A DNA stretch of 62,715 nucleotides, filler included, from Nemertoderma westbladi (taxonomy: Eukaryota > Animalia > Xenacoelomorpha): NCBI GenBank assembly GCA_032718475.1. It is 3 parts of 3 records of this genome, joined end to end, with 100 filler letters (N's around TTAATTAATTAA, not from the genome) between each part and the next. Parts side by side here need not be neighbours in the genome. Positions count along the whole stretch, not along the records: positions 1 to 27,197 come from JAUCBJ010004185.1; 2 more parts are not named here. One strand, written 5' to 3'. A program made the position numbers and the translations under genes. Below the pieces are notes generated by a model. It worked only from the letters and a program-made list of their open reading frames with translations, was not told the origin of the DNA and did no database searches. Of the stretch, positions 12,551 to 26,183 are shown in pieces (position 1 is the first letter of the stretch; every line of letters begins with the position of its first letter).

Positions 12551-15154
12551 CAGCACCCGTACAAAGCTTTCATAAGAATGTGAAAATAAAAGTATTAAGG
12601 AAAATAAATTAAGATGCATTACAGCATTGCATTACTGTATGCTAAAATAAAGAATTATTTTCAAAAATTATTGTTGCTTTTTACTGTAGCCCCAGAGAGG
12701 CGAACTTTAGCCTTAGGGAGGGTCAACTATCGTTAGAAGATAACCTCTAGTTTGTAATAATTACAAACTAATTGATTTATCATGTTAATAAATACTACAG
12801 TACTGTACTGCTGTATACAGCAAAACTCTTCGCCTGAAAGTAACTAATTTCTTACCCACTCTCAGCAAAACTGGCAAAAAGTTCGAATAAATGATAAACC
12901 CACAATCTTGAACAAATTCACGTTCCCACCCAGTAGTGCCCAGATAGCGAGACAAAGTACCGGTAAAAATTTCAAAACACAAGACACAAAGTTTGTGTGT
13001 TGATGTTAAAATGAATACATATACGAATACGGTATGGCTGCAGGTGATACAATAACAGAATAATGAGATAATAAAAAATACAATAATTACAGAATTAATA
13101 TTCGTTGAAATACAGAAATAATGCTATAGGCCTACCCTGTTACCCATTACCGGTACTTCTGTAATTGCAGACTTGGGGAAAAAAAGTATAACCTTTTTTC
13201 TTTATTCTCGATGCATTTTATTTCTCATTTCCCAGTCAAAAGCGTAATTTTATTCTTAAATTGGAACTAAAAACGTAATTTTATTCTTAAAATGGAGAGT
13301 TTTGGAGTAGGGCCTACGTCTCGCAGACACTGAATTCTAAAGTTGCAATAACGTTTGAGTGTGTAAAGGGATTTTGCTCAAATTACTTGCAAACCGCTTC
13401 TACTTCGATGCTCTTTCAAGATGTAATAAAATTTAAGAAATTCCACCAAAAATAGTATATTTTACTATTTTCGCCGGGAAAAAGTCAAATCAATGGAATC
13501 CCATGGGCTGATGTGTTACTCTCTCGTTTTTGCATTGGAGTGAAAAAGTAACAATTTTAGAATAAAAACGTTTTTAAAGTAACTACGCTTATAGGCCTAA
13601 CCGATATTAAAAATAATTTATTTTAAGTATTTATTTTTAAAAAATTGTTAGGCCTACGTTGCTGCATTGGTATCAGTATTCAGTAGCCTAAACTCTTATG
13701 TAAAAAATATGTTTCATTTATTTATTTATTTAAATTGTGTTATGGAATATCTGACTACCGCTAGCATAATTACAAAACAATTTAGAATAGGTTTTGCAGG
13801 TTACGAAATAAGGAAAAACGCAGTAAGTAATTCATAATGTACTTGACAGTATTACATATTATACAAATATCAATGATTCATCATATTGCCTATCCACAAT
13901 CTAATATCCAATAAACTCAAAGTCCATTGCACAATATGTTTGTCAACTGACACGCAGTCAATACTGTACGGTACTCTCCTCCCAAACGCAATATATATAT
14001 CTATATGTATTGTTAGGGCAATGAATGAAAGGGGACGCAGCTGACGACCAATACTGCAATATAAATACACTGGCGAATAGAACAGGGCAGGCAATATGAG
14101 CTGGGAGAGATAGTGCTGCCAGCCCTTGTATTACATAGAACGGATGGGCAAGATAGGCAAGGCAGGCTCTGGAGTACAGTAACCACGCCACTGAATGGAT
14201 ATTGCTTTTGACCAATCTCTCCAATCTACGCTATCTTGCCAACCTATGGCCAGAGTGTGCAGGGCTGGGTAATAACATAACGTGTCCACAGAGAGAGAGA
14301 GAGAGAGGCCTATATGCCGCCAGTCAGCGAGAGCTGGGCGGGCACGCTATCCGACCAATATACATTTAACTAGCCCAGGCCAAATTGATGGCCGCCCTAT
14401 AACTGGGGAGGAAGGAGCCTTGGCTTGGAAATGACAAATAGAAAACCAATATTAAAAAAAGCTCATTTCCCATGCCAGGCAGGGACAGGATGTTCAACTT
14501 GCTCACAGGTAAGCTTCATTCAAAGCAGAGCAATGGATGGTAGGGATTGCAACAGGCGTGCCTTCACCGCGCTCGGTATATTACAGTGCCAGGTAGCAAG
14601 TGCAATTGGATATGTTGGAAGGAAGTGCAGTCAGTTGGTATGTTGGGATCTGATTAGTATATTGGGTATGGGCAGGGGCAGCGGCAGCTAGCTGGGCATT
14701 ATATCAGCTGAGGATGACTGTGCTGTGTAGGCGTAGTGCATTGATTGTTAATGAAGTAAGAGCCTGCGATATGATAATCATCAGAGGGTTACATTGGACA
14801 GGCAGGGATCATATTGCTGGTTCCTGCTACAGTTTCTTGCCGGAGGGGAATTTATTAGGCCGTCTTTAGTAATAATTCAATAAAGATATAGAACGCTTTT
14901 ATCTTTTCCGTCTTAATTATAAAAGGGGATTTTATTTCCAAGGCTGTTGCAGTTAATTTGTGCGAAAGCAGCGCAAGGTCGGCGAATACTAGCCATCATC
15001 AGTGAGCGGGTACGGAACAAACCTCCTCCGTAATAAAGCTTCGCCCACGCCCAACCTTCGCCCAGTCAATCCATTTCCTCATAATGAGCATATATTATAG
15101 ATGATGAAAAACTAATTACCTTATCATATATCATATATTGTACCTTGATCAATG

Positions 15155-15630
15155 AGTCACTTGCCCAATACAATACTTGCCGAATATACCACTTCCCATT
15201 ATTTTAAATGCGTTTAATAATTAATTATTGCCTTGCTTGCTTATTAAACTGGAAATTTTATCCATATGTTAATGAATGTCATGTAATGTAATTGTGTACG
15301 TAGACATGGTTAAAATTGAATATTGGCTATATGTAAATTCCTTTTTTAATAATGTATCATATTATTATATACATTATCATACTTCATATAGCCTTGAGAA
15401 GGATTAATTTTACACAAAGATTAGAATGCGGCTATGTCAATATTAGGCTAACGAGTATTTGTTTGGAAATGTAGAAATTATGTTTGTACTGTATGGAATG
15501 TATTGTTTGCGCGAAATTCTAACTGGAACATTAATTATCAATATGATACATTTATATTATTAATATTGTAGAGAGATGGGGTTTATAGCAACGTATTGGG
15601 CATGTGATTTATTGGGAAAGTGACCTTCAC
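15155..15630. mobile_element. Degenerate MITE with inverted GTCACTTGCCCAATA subterminal repeats
   Basis: CACTTGCCCAATA-like copies at 15157-15200 and reverse-complement copies (TATTGGGAAAGTGAC) at 15594-15625, with an AT-rich spacer. Confidence 0.5.
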
Positions 15631-15751
15631 CCACGCCACATGTAATATTCGCAGTCAGTTTGACAATAAATAATAAGGCCTACCACCTCAATTATTTATC
15701 ATTGTATAAATAGGATATAGCTATTAGAGCACAGGCCGGGTCGAACCGGCG

Positions 15752-16340
15752 GGGTGCAGTCACTTGCCCAATAGGAAACTTCCCCAAGTCACTTGCCCAT
15801 TAAAAAAATATTTCAAGTCACTTGCCCAATATTTCATGTTTAACCGAAAGTAGGTCACTTTACCAATAAGTCACTTGCCCAATATTCGACTTACAGAATA
15901 AGTCACTTGCCCAATAAGTTTTTTGAGACCATAATTTCCATTCACTACGTATTCTGCCTGTTACTAGGCCTACTACATCAGAAAATCAGATGAGAAGTGG
16001 CGCACATTGAGCGCAAGTGAAAATAGTGATCCTCTGCGCAAATTGACAGCAAGTTAAATAATTTATTGTTTTGGTTAGAAAACACCGCCACTGTAACCTG
16101 CTCCTTTCCATTAATGTTCTTAATTAAATAAAGCTAAATCTCAAAGTATTGGGGAAGTGTCCTATTCGAAAACTGGCCTATTGGGATTGGGCATGGGCAA
16201 GTGTCCTATTGGGAAAGTGACCTATCAGATCTAGTTATCGGGGAAGTGACTCATAGGGAAAGTGTCTTAGGTAAATATTATTGGGCAAAAGTCTCATTGG
16301 GGAAATGGCACTACTATTGGGTATCGACAGTTTACCGGGC
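15752..16340. mobile_element. MITE/foldback element with multiple inverted GTCACTTGCCCAATA subrepeats
   Basis: About 6 forward copies at 15757-15916 and about 6 reverse copies at 16147-16322. Confidence 0.7.
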
Positions 16341-16356
16341 CGGCTTCACAATTCCA

Positions 16357-19300
16357 TTTGTAGGTCCTTTGGGTTGTAGGTGCTGTGGGTTGTAGGTGCT
16401 GTAGGTTGTAGGTGCTGTGTGTTGTAGGTGCTGTGGGTTGTAGGTACTGTGGGTTGTAGGTACTGTGGGTTGTAGATCCTATGGGTTGTAGGTACTGTGG
16501 GTTTAGGTGCTGTGGGTTGTAGGTGCTGTGGGTTGTAGGTGCTGTGGGTTGTATGTGCAGTGGGTTGTAGGTGCTGTGGGTTGTAGGTGCTGAGGGTTGT
16601 AGGTGCTGTAGGTTGTAGGTGCTGTGTGTTGTAGGTGCTGTGGGTTGTAGGTACTGTGGGTTGTAGGTACTGTGGGTTGTAGATCCTATGGGTTGTAGGT
16701 ACTGTGGGTTTAGGTGCTGTGGGTTGTAGGTGCTGTGGGTTGTAGGTGCTGTGGGTAGTAGGTCTTGTGGGTTGTAGGTGCTGTGGGTTGTAGATGCTGT
16801 GGGTTGTAGGTGCTGTGGGTTGTAGGTCCTATGGGTTGTAGGTGCTGTGGGTTGTAGGTGCTGTGGGTTGTAGGTGCTGTTGGTTGTAGGTCCTATGGGT
16901 TGTAGGTCCTATGGGTTGTAGGTACTGTGGGTTGTAGGTGCTCTGGGTTGTAGGTGCTGTGGGTTGAAGGTGCTGTGGGTTGTAGGTGCTGTGGGTTGTA
17001 GGTGCTGTGGGTTGTATGTGCAGTGGGTTGTAGGTGCTGTGGGTTGTAGGTGCTGTGGTTTGTAGGTGCTGTGGGTTGTAGGTGCTGTGGGTTGTAGGTG
17101 CTGTGGGTTGTAGGTGCTGTGGGTTGTAGGTGCTGTGGGTTGTAGGTCCTATGGGTTGTAGGTGCTGTGGGTTGTAGGTGCTGTGGGTTGTAGGTGCTGT
17201 GGGTTGTAGGTCCTATGGGTTGTAGGTCCTATGGGTTGTAGGTGCTATGGGTTGTAGGTGCTGTGGGTTGTAGGTGCTGTGGGTTGTAGGTACTGTGGGT
17301 TGTAGGTACTGTGGGTTGTAGGTGCTGTGGGTTGTAGGTGCTGTGGGTTGTAGGTCCTATGGGTTGTAGGTGCCGTGGGTTGTAGGTGCTGTGGGTTGTA
17401 GATGCTGTGGGTTGTAGGTGCTGTGGGTTGTAGGTGCTGTGGGTTGTAGGTCCTATGGGTTGTAGGTGCCGTGGGTTGTAGGTGCTGTGGGTTGTAGATG
17501 CTGTGGGTTGTAGGTGCTGTGGGTTGTAGGTGCTGTGGGTTGTAGGTACTGTGGGTTGTAGGTGCTGTGGGTTGTACGTGATGTGGGTTGTAGGTGCTGT
17601 GGGTTGTAGGTACTGTGGGTTGTAGGTGCTGAGGGTTGTAGGTGCTGTGGGTTGTAGGTGCTGTGGGTTGTAGGTGCTGTGGGTTGTAGGTACTGTGGGT
17701 TGTAGGTGCTGAGGGTTGTAGGTGCTGTGGGTTGTAGGTGCTGTGGGTTGTAGGTGCTGTGGGTTGTAGGTCCTATGGGTTGTAGGTGCTGTGGGTTGTA
17801 GGTGCTGTGGGTTGTAGGTCCTATGGGTTGTAGGTGCTGTGGGTTGTAGGTGCTATGGGTTGTAGGTACTGTGGGTTGTAGGTGCTGTGGGTTGTAGGTG
17901 CTGTGGGTTGTAGGTGCTGTGGGTTGTAGGTGCTGTGGGTTGTAGGTCCTATGGGTTGTAGGTGCTGTGGGTTGTAGGTCCTATGGGTTGTAGGTGCTGT
18001 GGGTTGTAGGTGCTGTGGGTTGTAGGTCCTATGGGTTGTAGGTGCTGTGGGTTGTAGGTGCTGTGGGTTGTAGGTCCTATGGGTTGTAGGTGCTGTGGGT
18101 TGTAGGTGCTGTGGGTTGTAGGTCCTATGGGTTGTAGGTGCTGTGGGTTGTAGGTGCTGTGGGTTGTAGGTCCTATGGGTTGTAGGTGCTGTGGGTTGTA
18201 GGTGCTGTGGGTTGTAGGTCCTATGGGTTGTAGGTGCTGTGGGTTGTAGGTGCTGTGGGTTGTAGGTACTGTGGGTTGTAGGTGCTGTGGGTTGTAGGTG
18301 CTGTGGGTTGTAGGTGCTGTGGGTTGTAGGTCCTATGGGTTGTAGGTGCTGTGGGTTGTAGGTCCTATGGGTTGTAGGTGCTGTGGGTTGTAGGTGCTGT
18401 GGGTTGTAGGTGCTGTGGGTTGTAGGTCCTATGGGTTGTAGGTGCTGTGGGTTGTAGGTCCTATGGGTTGTAGGTGCTGTGGGTTGTAGGTGCTGTGGGT
18501 TGTAGGTGCTGTGGGTTGTAGGTCCTATGGGTTGTAGGTGCTGTGGGTTGTAGGTGCTGTGGGTTGTAGGTCCTATGGGTTGTAGGTGCTGTGGGTTGTA
18601 GGTGCTGTGGGTTGTAGGTCCTATGGGTTGTAGGTGCTGCGGGTTGTAGGTGCTGTGGGTTGTAGGTCCTATGGGTTGTAGGTGCTGTGGGTTGTAGGTG
18701 CTGTGGGTTGTAGGTCCTATGGGTTGTAGGTGCTGTGGGTTGTAGGTGCTGTGGGTTGTAGGTACTGTGGGTTGTAGGTGCTGTGGGTTGTAGGTGCTGT
18801 GGGTTGTAGGTCCTATGGGTTGTAGGTCCTATGGGTTGTAGGTGCTGTGGGTTGTAGGTCCTATGGGTTGTAGGTGCTGTGGGTTGTAGGTGCTGTGGGT
18901 TGTAGGTGCTGTGGGTTGTAGGTCCTATGGGTTGTAGGTGCTGTGGGTTGTAGGTGCTGTGGGTTGTAGGTCCTATGGGTTGTAGGTGCTGTGGGTTGTA
19001 GGTGCTGTGGGTTGTAGGTCCTATGGGTTGTAGGTGCTGTGGGTTGTAGGTGCTGTGGGTTGTAGGTCCTATGGGTTGTAGGTGCTGTGGGTTGTAGGTG
19101 CTGTGGGTTGTAGGTGCTGTGGGTTGTAGGTCCTATGGGTTGTAGGTGCTGTGGGTTGTAGGTGCTGTGGGTTGTAGGTCCTATGGGTTGTAGGTGCTGT
19201 AGGTTGTAGGTGCTGTGTGTTGTAGGTGCTGTGGGTTGTAGGTACTGTGGGTTGTAGGTACTGTGGGTTGTAGATCCTATGGGTTGTAGGTACTGTGGGT

Positions 19301-21605
19301 TTAGGTGCTGTGGGTTGTAGGTGCTGTGGGTTGTAGGTGCTGTGGGTAGTAGGTCTTGTGGGTTGTAGGTGCTGTGGGTTGTAGATGCTGTGGGTTGTAG
19401 GTGCTGTGGGTTGTAGGTGCTGTGGGTTGTAGGTCCTATGGGTTGTAGGTGCTGTGGGTTGTAGGTGCTGTGGGTTGTAGGTCCTATGGGTTGTAGGTGC
19501 TGTGGGTTGTAGGTGCTGTGGGTTGTAGGTGCTGTGGGTTGTAGGTGCTGTGGGTTGTAGGTCCTATGGGTTGTAGGTCCTATGGGTTGTAGGTGCTGTG
19601 GGTTATAGCAGTAGGTGCTGTGGGTTGAAGGTGCTGTGGGTTGTAGGTGCTGTGGGTTGTAGGTGCTGTGGGTTGTATGTGCTGTGGGTTGTAGGTGCTG
19701 TGGGTTGTAGGTACTGTGGGTTGTAGGTCCTATGGGTTGTAGGTGCTGTGGGTTGTAGGTGCTGTGGGTTGTAGGTGATGTGGGTTGTAGGTCCTATGGG
19801 TTGTAGGTCCTATGGGTTGTAGGTGCTGTGGGTTGTAGGTGCTGTGGGTTGTAGGTGCTGTGGGTTGTAGGTGCTGTGGGTTGTAGGTGCTGTGGGTTGT
19901 ATGTGCTGTGGGTTGTAGGTACTGTGGGTTGTAGATGCTGTGGGTTGTAGATGCTGTGGGTTGTAGGTGCTGTGGGTTGTAGGTGCTGTGGGTTGTAGGT
20001 GCACTATGGGTTGTAGGTCCTATGGGTTGTAGGTGCTGTGGGTTGTAGATGCTGTGGGTTGTAGGTGCTGTGGGTTGTAGGTGCTGTGGGTTGTAGGTGC
20101 TGTGGGTTGTAGGTGCTGTGGGTTGTAGGTGCTGTGGGTTGTAGGTGCTGTGGGTTGTAGGTCCTATGGGTTGTAGGTGCTGTGGGTTGTAGGTGCAGTG
20201 GGTTGTAGGTGCTGTGGGTTGTAGGTCCTATGGGTTGTAGGTCCTATGGGTTGTAGGTGCTGTGGGTTGTAGGTGTTGTGGGTTGTAGGTGCTGTGGGTT
20301 GTAGGTGCTGTGGGTTGTAGGTGCTGTGGGTTGTAGGTACTGTGGGTTGTAGGTACTGTGGGTTGTAGGTACTGTGGGTTGTAGGTGCTGTGGGTTGTAG
20401 GTACTGTGGGTTGTAGGTACTGTGGGTTGTAGGTACTGTGGGTTGTAGGTACTGTGGGTTGTAGGTGCTGTGGGTTGTAGGTACTGCGGGTTTTAGGTGC
20501 TGTGGGTTGTAGGTGCTGTGTGTTGTAGGTGCTGTGGGTTGTAGGTGCTGTGGGTTGTAGGTGCTGTGGGTTGTAGGTCCTATGGGTTGTAGGTGTCGTG
20601 GGTTGTAGGTGTTGTGGGTTGTAGATGCTGTGGGTTGTAGGTGCTGTGGGTTGTAGGTGCTGTGGGTTGTAGGTCCTATGGGTTGTAGGTGCCGTGGGTT
20701 GTAGGTGCTGTGGGTTGTAGATGCTGTGGGTTGTAGGTGCTGTGGGTTGTAGGTGCTGTGGGTTGTAGGTGCTGTGGGTTGTAGGTGCTGTGGGTTGTAG
20801 GTGCTATGGGTTGTAGGTGCTGTGGGTTGTAGGTGCTGTGGGTTGTAGGTACTGTGGGTTGTAGGTGCTGTGGGTTGTAGATGCTGTGGGTTGTAGGTGC
20901 TGTGGGTTGTAGGTGCTGTGGGTTGTAGGTGCTGTGGGTTGTAGGTGCTGTGGGTTGTAGGTGCTGTGGGTTGTAGGTGCTGTGGGTTGTAGGTCCTATG
21001 GGTTGTAGGTGCCGTGGGTTGTAGGTGCTGTGGGTTGTAGATGCTGTGGGTTGTAGGTGCTGTGGGTTGTAGGTGCTGTGGGTTGTAGGTGCTGTGGGTT
21101 GTAGGTACTGTGGGTTGTAGGTGCTGTGGGTTGTAGATGCTGTGGGTTGTAGGTGCTGTGGGTTGTAGGTGCTGTGGGTTGTAGGTGCTGTGGGTTGTAG
21201 GTGCTGTGGGTTGTAGGTGCTGTGGGTTGTAGGTGCTGTGGGTTGTAGGTGCTATGGGTTGTAGGTGCTGTGGGTTGTAGGTGCTGTGGGTTGTAGGTAC
21301 TGTGGGTTGTAGGTGCTGTGGGTTGTAGGTCCTATGGGTTGTAGGTGCCGTGGGTTGTAGGTGCTGTGGGTTGTAGATGCTGTGGGTTGTAGGTGCTGTG
21401 GGTTGTAGGTGCTGTAGGTTGTAGGTGCTATGGGTTGTAGGTGCTGTGGGTTGTAGGTGCTGTGGGTTGTAGGTCCTATGGGTTGTAGGTACTGTGGGTT
21501 GTAGGTGCTGTGTGTTATAGGTGCTGTGGGTTGTAGGTACTGTGGGTTGTAGGTGCTGTGGGTTGTAGGTGCTGTGTGTTGTGTGTTGTAGGTGCTGTGG
21601 GTTGT
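16357..21605. repeat. 16-bp G/T-rich satellite GGTTGTAGGTGCTGTG (variant GGTTGTAGGTCCTATG), ~325 copies
   Basis: Continuous 5.2-kb tandem array; the 16-aa period (3 x 16 bp) in the minus-strand ORF confirms the unit length. Confidence 0.97.
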
Positions 21606-21779
21606 GAAACCGTGGCTCTAACCTCGCCCGTTATTTTCATACAGGATTTTCGAAAATAAAAAATAAAAAATTATAGAGTAAATTATAAAGTTGCCCAAAA
21701 CCATACAATCCTATTCTATATCGTTTTTTTTATGTGGAGTTGAGTACAATATAATATAATGTTTAGTTCAGAGGCCTAA

Positions 21780-22560
21780 CAGGTATTTTTCGTGCGGGCA
21801 CCAAAATTGGGTGCTTCACGAAATTTCCAAAATTGATTGTTTCGAAATTATCATTATATGATCTATATTCCTGTGATTTATAGGTTTTCTGTGATTGTGA
21901 ATTCTATGGTAATAAAATGGAGTTCATCCGAGTAACGCAAATGCCATTTATATAAATATTTTTCTCCGCAAGGAAGATTATAGTCTCAGGATTAAGTTAG
22001 CAAAGATAGGGAGGAGATAACATAATATATTAGTCATAGTAAGTCTACTACATTCTCCACAGACAAACACTGGGCACATCAATACATAATGTGTGACAGG
22101 TAAAAAATCAATTTAGAAGTTGTAGCTTGCAGCTCCATTTTTAACATAATATATCCTGCAGACAAGAAAAGCTATACCAAATTATCTACAACACTATTTA
22201 TATTAGTCAGCATCAGTAATTATTTAATTGGCGTTCATTCCACCCTGACCCTTCCTTCCCTTTACTATCAACCCTGATTAGAATCATGTTATTATGCCAG
22301 AAATTATATTTAACTGAGATGGGATAGCACGAAAAGTGGTTGTTGCGTTACTTGGATTATCTCAGTTTCATTACCATTGAATTTACAATCACAGAAAACC
22401 TATAAATCGGGGGTATATAAATTATAAAATTAATATTAGAAAAAAATACAAATTTTCAAAATTTCCTGCTGAACCCACTTTTGGTGCCAACACGAAAAAT
22501 GGTAGTTGCATTGCTTGTATCAACTCAATTGTATTACCATTGAATTCGCCACCACAAATA
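21780..22560. mobile_element. Degenerate DNA-transposon relic with inverted internal subrepeats
   Basis: GATTTATAGGTTTTCTGTGATTGTGAATTCTATGGTAAT (~21875) is inverted at ~22370 (ATTACCATTGAATTTACAATCACAGAAAACCTATAAATC). The subrepeats resemble those of the piggyBac-like element at 28288. Confidence 0.5.
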
Positions 22561-24229
22561 TACACGTTAACACTTGAAAATCAGGTACATATATCACATT
22601 GTCCGCAATTAAATTTTTGCATTGCGAAAAACCACAATTTTTCCTTGTGGCACTTCCAAAATTTTTTTAGATTTTTTCACGAAGTGGTAAAATATACTAC
22701 CAAGCTGTGGCTGTGGGAAGATCTAAAAGGCCAGGGTAGATAGGGTTAGGGGGGGGGGGGGGGGGGGGGTGGTATAACACCCCCCCCCCCCCCCAGGTCA
22801 AATTTTCAAATTGTTGTTTCTTTATTTTATATAGGGAGGAATTTAATGAGGATTACAAATTTGAAAACCGCTTAGTGGGACCTATTTTAGTTCTTGAGTT
22901 ATTACTGTTTTTCTCTATGACGGTCTGTCCGTCAAATTGTAAGAAAGACAGACCGATCAACAGACAGGCAGACTAGATTCCAAGAAACATTAAAAGTGAC
23001 ATCGGAGATGAAATCAGCGACCCTTGAAAACCACAGTTATGAAAATGTTATAGTAAACCAACCCTAACACAGACAGCCAATTTTGACGGGAAGGTTTATC
23101 GAACGAGCTTTGGTAGATCTTAAAAAGTTATCTTATGGAATTGAAACAACATATGAACGCCGAGATGCCAACAAAATAGAGTAGCTACTAGAGCTCTCGC
23201 AATGTGGAGCTAAAAAACCTCTTCCGGTCTAATTTTATAAAATACGTAAAATGATTCGGGGGAATGAAAGGTGGTATAAACATGTTGTCCTTGGAAATAT
23301 CCTGGTCCACTAAATATATAGATATAGTCGGTTAGTTAAACTGATTCAGTATCAGCCATACAAAATGTATTTCTATGATGTAGGGAGAACCTATACCGTT
23401 AGACAAAGCTCTAAGATTTGGGAAACAACAAAAAAATTCCTCAATATTCTTAATATAATGTTACGAATAAATTAATTAAATAGTTTATACACATATTTTA
23501 ACACAGAAAAAATAGTCGTAGGATAACGACAGATTGCAAATAAATAAATTATCTATTAATAACCGCACCAAATAAAGGAATAAATGCCACCTGCGATCTT
23601 TCTCATTGTAGTATTTGCACAGTTTGTATTACATAGTATACAGTTAGGCGCCCGTATTAATTCATTCTATATAGACATCAATTACATAAATAAATATGCA
23701 GCTAGCTTGACGCACATTAGTAGTAACAGCTAGCCACAACTTATGAAGGACATGCGTCATACACCAGTTAGTACCAGCAACCCATGCAGTAACTAATAAT
23801 ATACGCTATCTCCTATTTATAATATAAGTAACAGAGATGCAATTAGGATAGGGAATGTTAATAAAGAAGAACCACGGAAACTGGACATGTGCGTGCAAGC
23901 GGGCTGCGTAATTAGGGATGGCTCTGTATTTATTGGATTACTCAAGGATCAGTACACACCCTCCTCGCTTCCTTGTCAGCAAGTGGAAACTGACTGGTAT
24001 AGCTAAATAAGTATTGCAATGACAAAAAAATTCCAAAATGGTGAGCTGGGGTGATTTTTCTGACATCAAAAACGTGAATTTAATTAATTTAATCTGAAAG
24101 ATTTTACAGCTGCAAGAATAAATATATAACAATCTAAAGACAATAAATAATTTACTTTACTACCAACCACACCAAACTTAACAGGTGACTACAAAACAAA
24201 GACCCAAATAATAAAGACCTGTACAAAAC

Positions 24230-24574
24230 ACATGTGTTAACTTTCGTTTATTGTTTTGGTTCCCCCAACACGCCTCTGTAAGCGGCTCCTTTACTAACCT
24301 GCTCCTTTAAATGGCAATGTGACCTAACGGCCTAACGCTCTATGGCAATGGGACTTAACGCTCTTTGGGAACTAAAGCTCTTTGGGACCTAACGCTCTTT
24401 GGGACCTAACGCTCTTTGGGACCTAACGCTCTTTGGGACGGGACGTAACTTTGTTTTGTACAGGTCCCAAAGAGCGTTAGGTGCCCGTGCCATTTAAAGA
24501 AGCAGGTTAGTAAAGGAGCAGCTTATAGAGGCGCGTTGGGGGAACCAAAACAATAGACGACAGTTAACACATGT
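24230..24574. mobile_element. Palindromic MITE with ~85-bp TIRs and internal GGGACCTAACGCTCTTT tandem repeats
   Basis: ACATGTGTTAACT...TTTAAATGGCA is mirrored by TGCCATTTAAAG...AGTTAACACATGT. Confidence 0.8.
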
Positions 24575-26112
24575 TACAATATTATTCAATGCAATGGCAA
24601 TGGAACTTCGCTCACACTCCGCTGACGACAATGCACACTACTGGGAAACACGCCGACGGTATAAACAAATTATAAAGTTCAAAAAAGACGCATTCGAGAA
24701 TGTTAAGAAAACTGGAGGATCCTTTAGTAATGGCCTTTTGCTTTTAGTAAATTTTCCTTAAGTACAGTAAACATCACATCAGGGTCAAAATCACTAAAAA
24801 TGGCCAAAACTAAACAAAAACATTAGACACGCCGTAAATTGTGACTTCCTCGATCATTTACAATAATTTATATCTTATAATGAAATTTTTTTTGCAACGC
24901 TACCTTGTATTAATGTGTCAGAATATCTGAGCGAATTTGAAAAAACATAGATTTTTCAGTGTAGACACTCAATACATAAGTTAAGAGCATTTAAATTTCA
25001 TAATGTTAACGAACCAGATATGTTGATATCATATACCATTTGAAAGAGCATACAATTCTGCAGTAGCTAATACATTATTTATTGTTGTCCAATATATCTA
25101 AGGTACGTCCAAATTTCAGCCAATTGAATGATAGTATATTCATGTAGTGGAAGTTTAAAGTTATGAAGTCCGGGTGTGTCGCTTACTTTGCCCCCCCCCC
25201 CCCCCCCCCCCCCCCCCGTAATGCCACTTAAATGTCAATAAAATATTCCCAAGAAACATAAGCCTTATTGCTTAGAATTTTTAACTTTTTTTTTTAAAAA
25301 TTTTAACTTGCCCAAACATTATAAAATATGTAGAAGTTTATTGAAATAAAAGATAAAAAAACAAGCAGGAAATGTCCACCCCTGTATTGCGTCCCCCCAT
25401 TACAGGCTCTATACTGTCCTTATAAAATATGTAGCCCCCCCCCCCTGTAATGCGTGCCCCCTGTAATGCTCTATACTGCTGTTACTATACGAAGATGGCA
25501 TTACTGGGGGGTGTGGACTTAACTTAAAACCCAAATAGAATTTGTGTAGTAAATTTTATTAGCTGCCCACTAGGGGTGCGACAGAGCTAAAATTTCATCC
25601 GGAGCCGGAGCCCGGAGGTTTCTCCGGGTTACAATATGAGCTCCGACCGGAGACGGAGCCGGAGATTTGGTGATTGATAATTCAAGTGTATTATTATAGT
25701 AGACATAGACAGATATGCGTCCATTAAACAGGGGAGGGGGGGGGGGGGATTTGATGCAAATTCTTACTCAATTATCAATTAAGAGAAATGAGCAGTTTGC
25801 AGTCGCATGCTATTCTTTTCTAATCAAAACAATAAACTATATTCAATAGAACAGGTTACAATTATATTTTTGGGAGTAATCTGCAGTTATTTGCGTCGAT
25901 TTTCTCCTGGAGAGGGATGCATTTTGATTGCGTCCAAAGACTCCCTTATCTCATCTGGTGTTCAATGGGCTAAAATATACTAATGTTTTAGACTTTTCAG
26001 TTCACACTCATTACACAAACTCTGTTATTTTTATATTTCTTACGACTAGGCTATCAGTAACTTCGGTTTGTTGTCAACTTATCATCGACACTATTTTATG
26101 GGACATTGTGTA

Positions 26113-26183
26113 ATTAATTTCCAGGAGTTGGTGCAGTATTCATTATAATATAATGAATACTGCACCAACTCCTGGAAATTAAT
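26113..26183. repeat. Perfect 35-bp inverted repeat with a 1-nt spacer
   Basis: ATTAATTTCCAGGAGTTGGTGCAGTATTCATTATA-A-TATAATGAATACTGCACCAACTCCTGGAAATTAAT. Confidence 0.95.

Noticed and set aside
3652-21605. CRISPR array
   Set aside because: The repeats are head-to-tail with no unique spacers and no cas genes, in a eukaryotic context.
22741-22795. Telomeric TTAGGG tract
   Set aside because: Fewer than two units, merging into a G homopolymer. G/C runs are common throughout the window.
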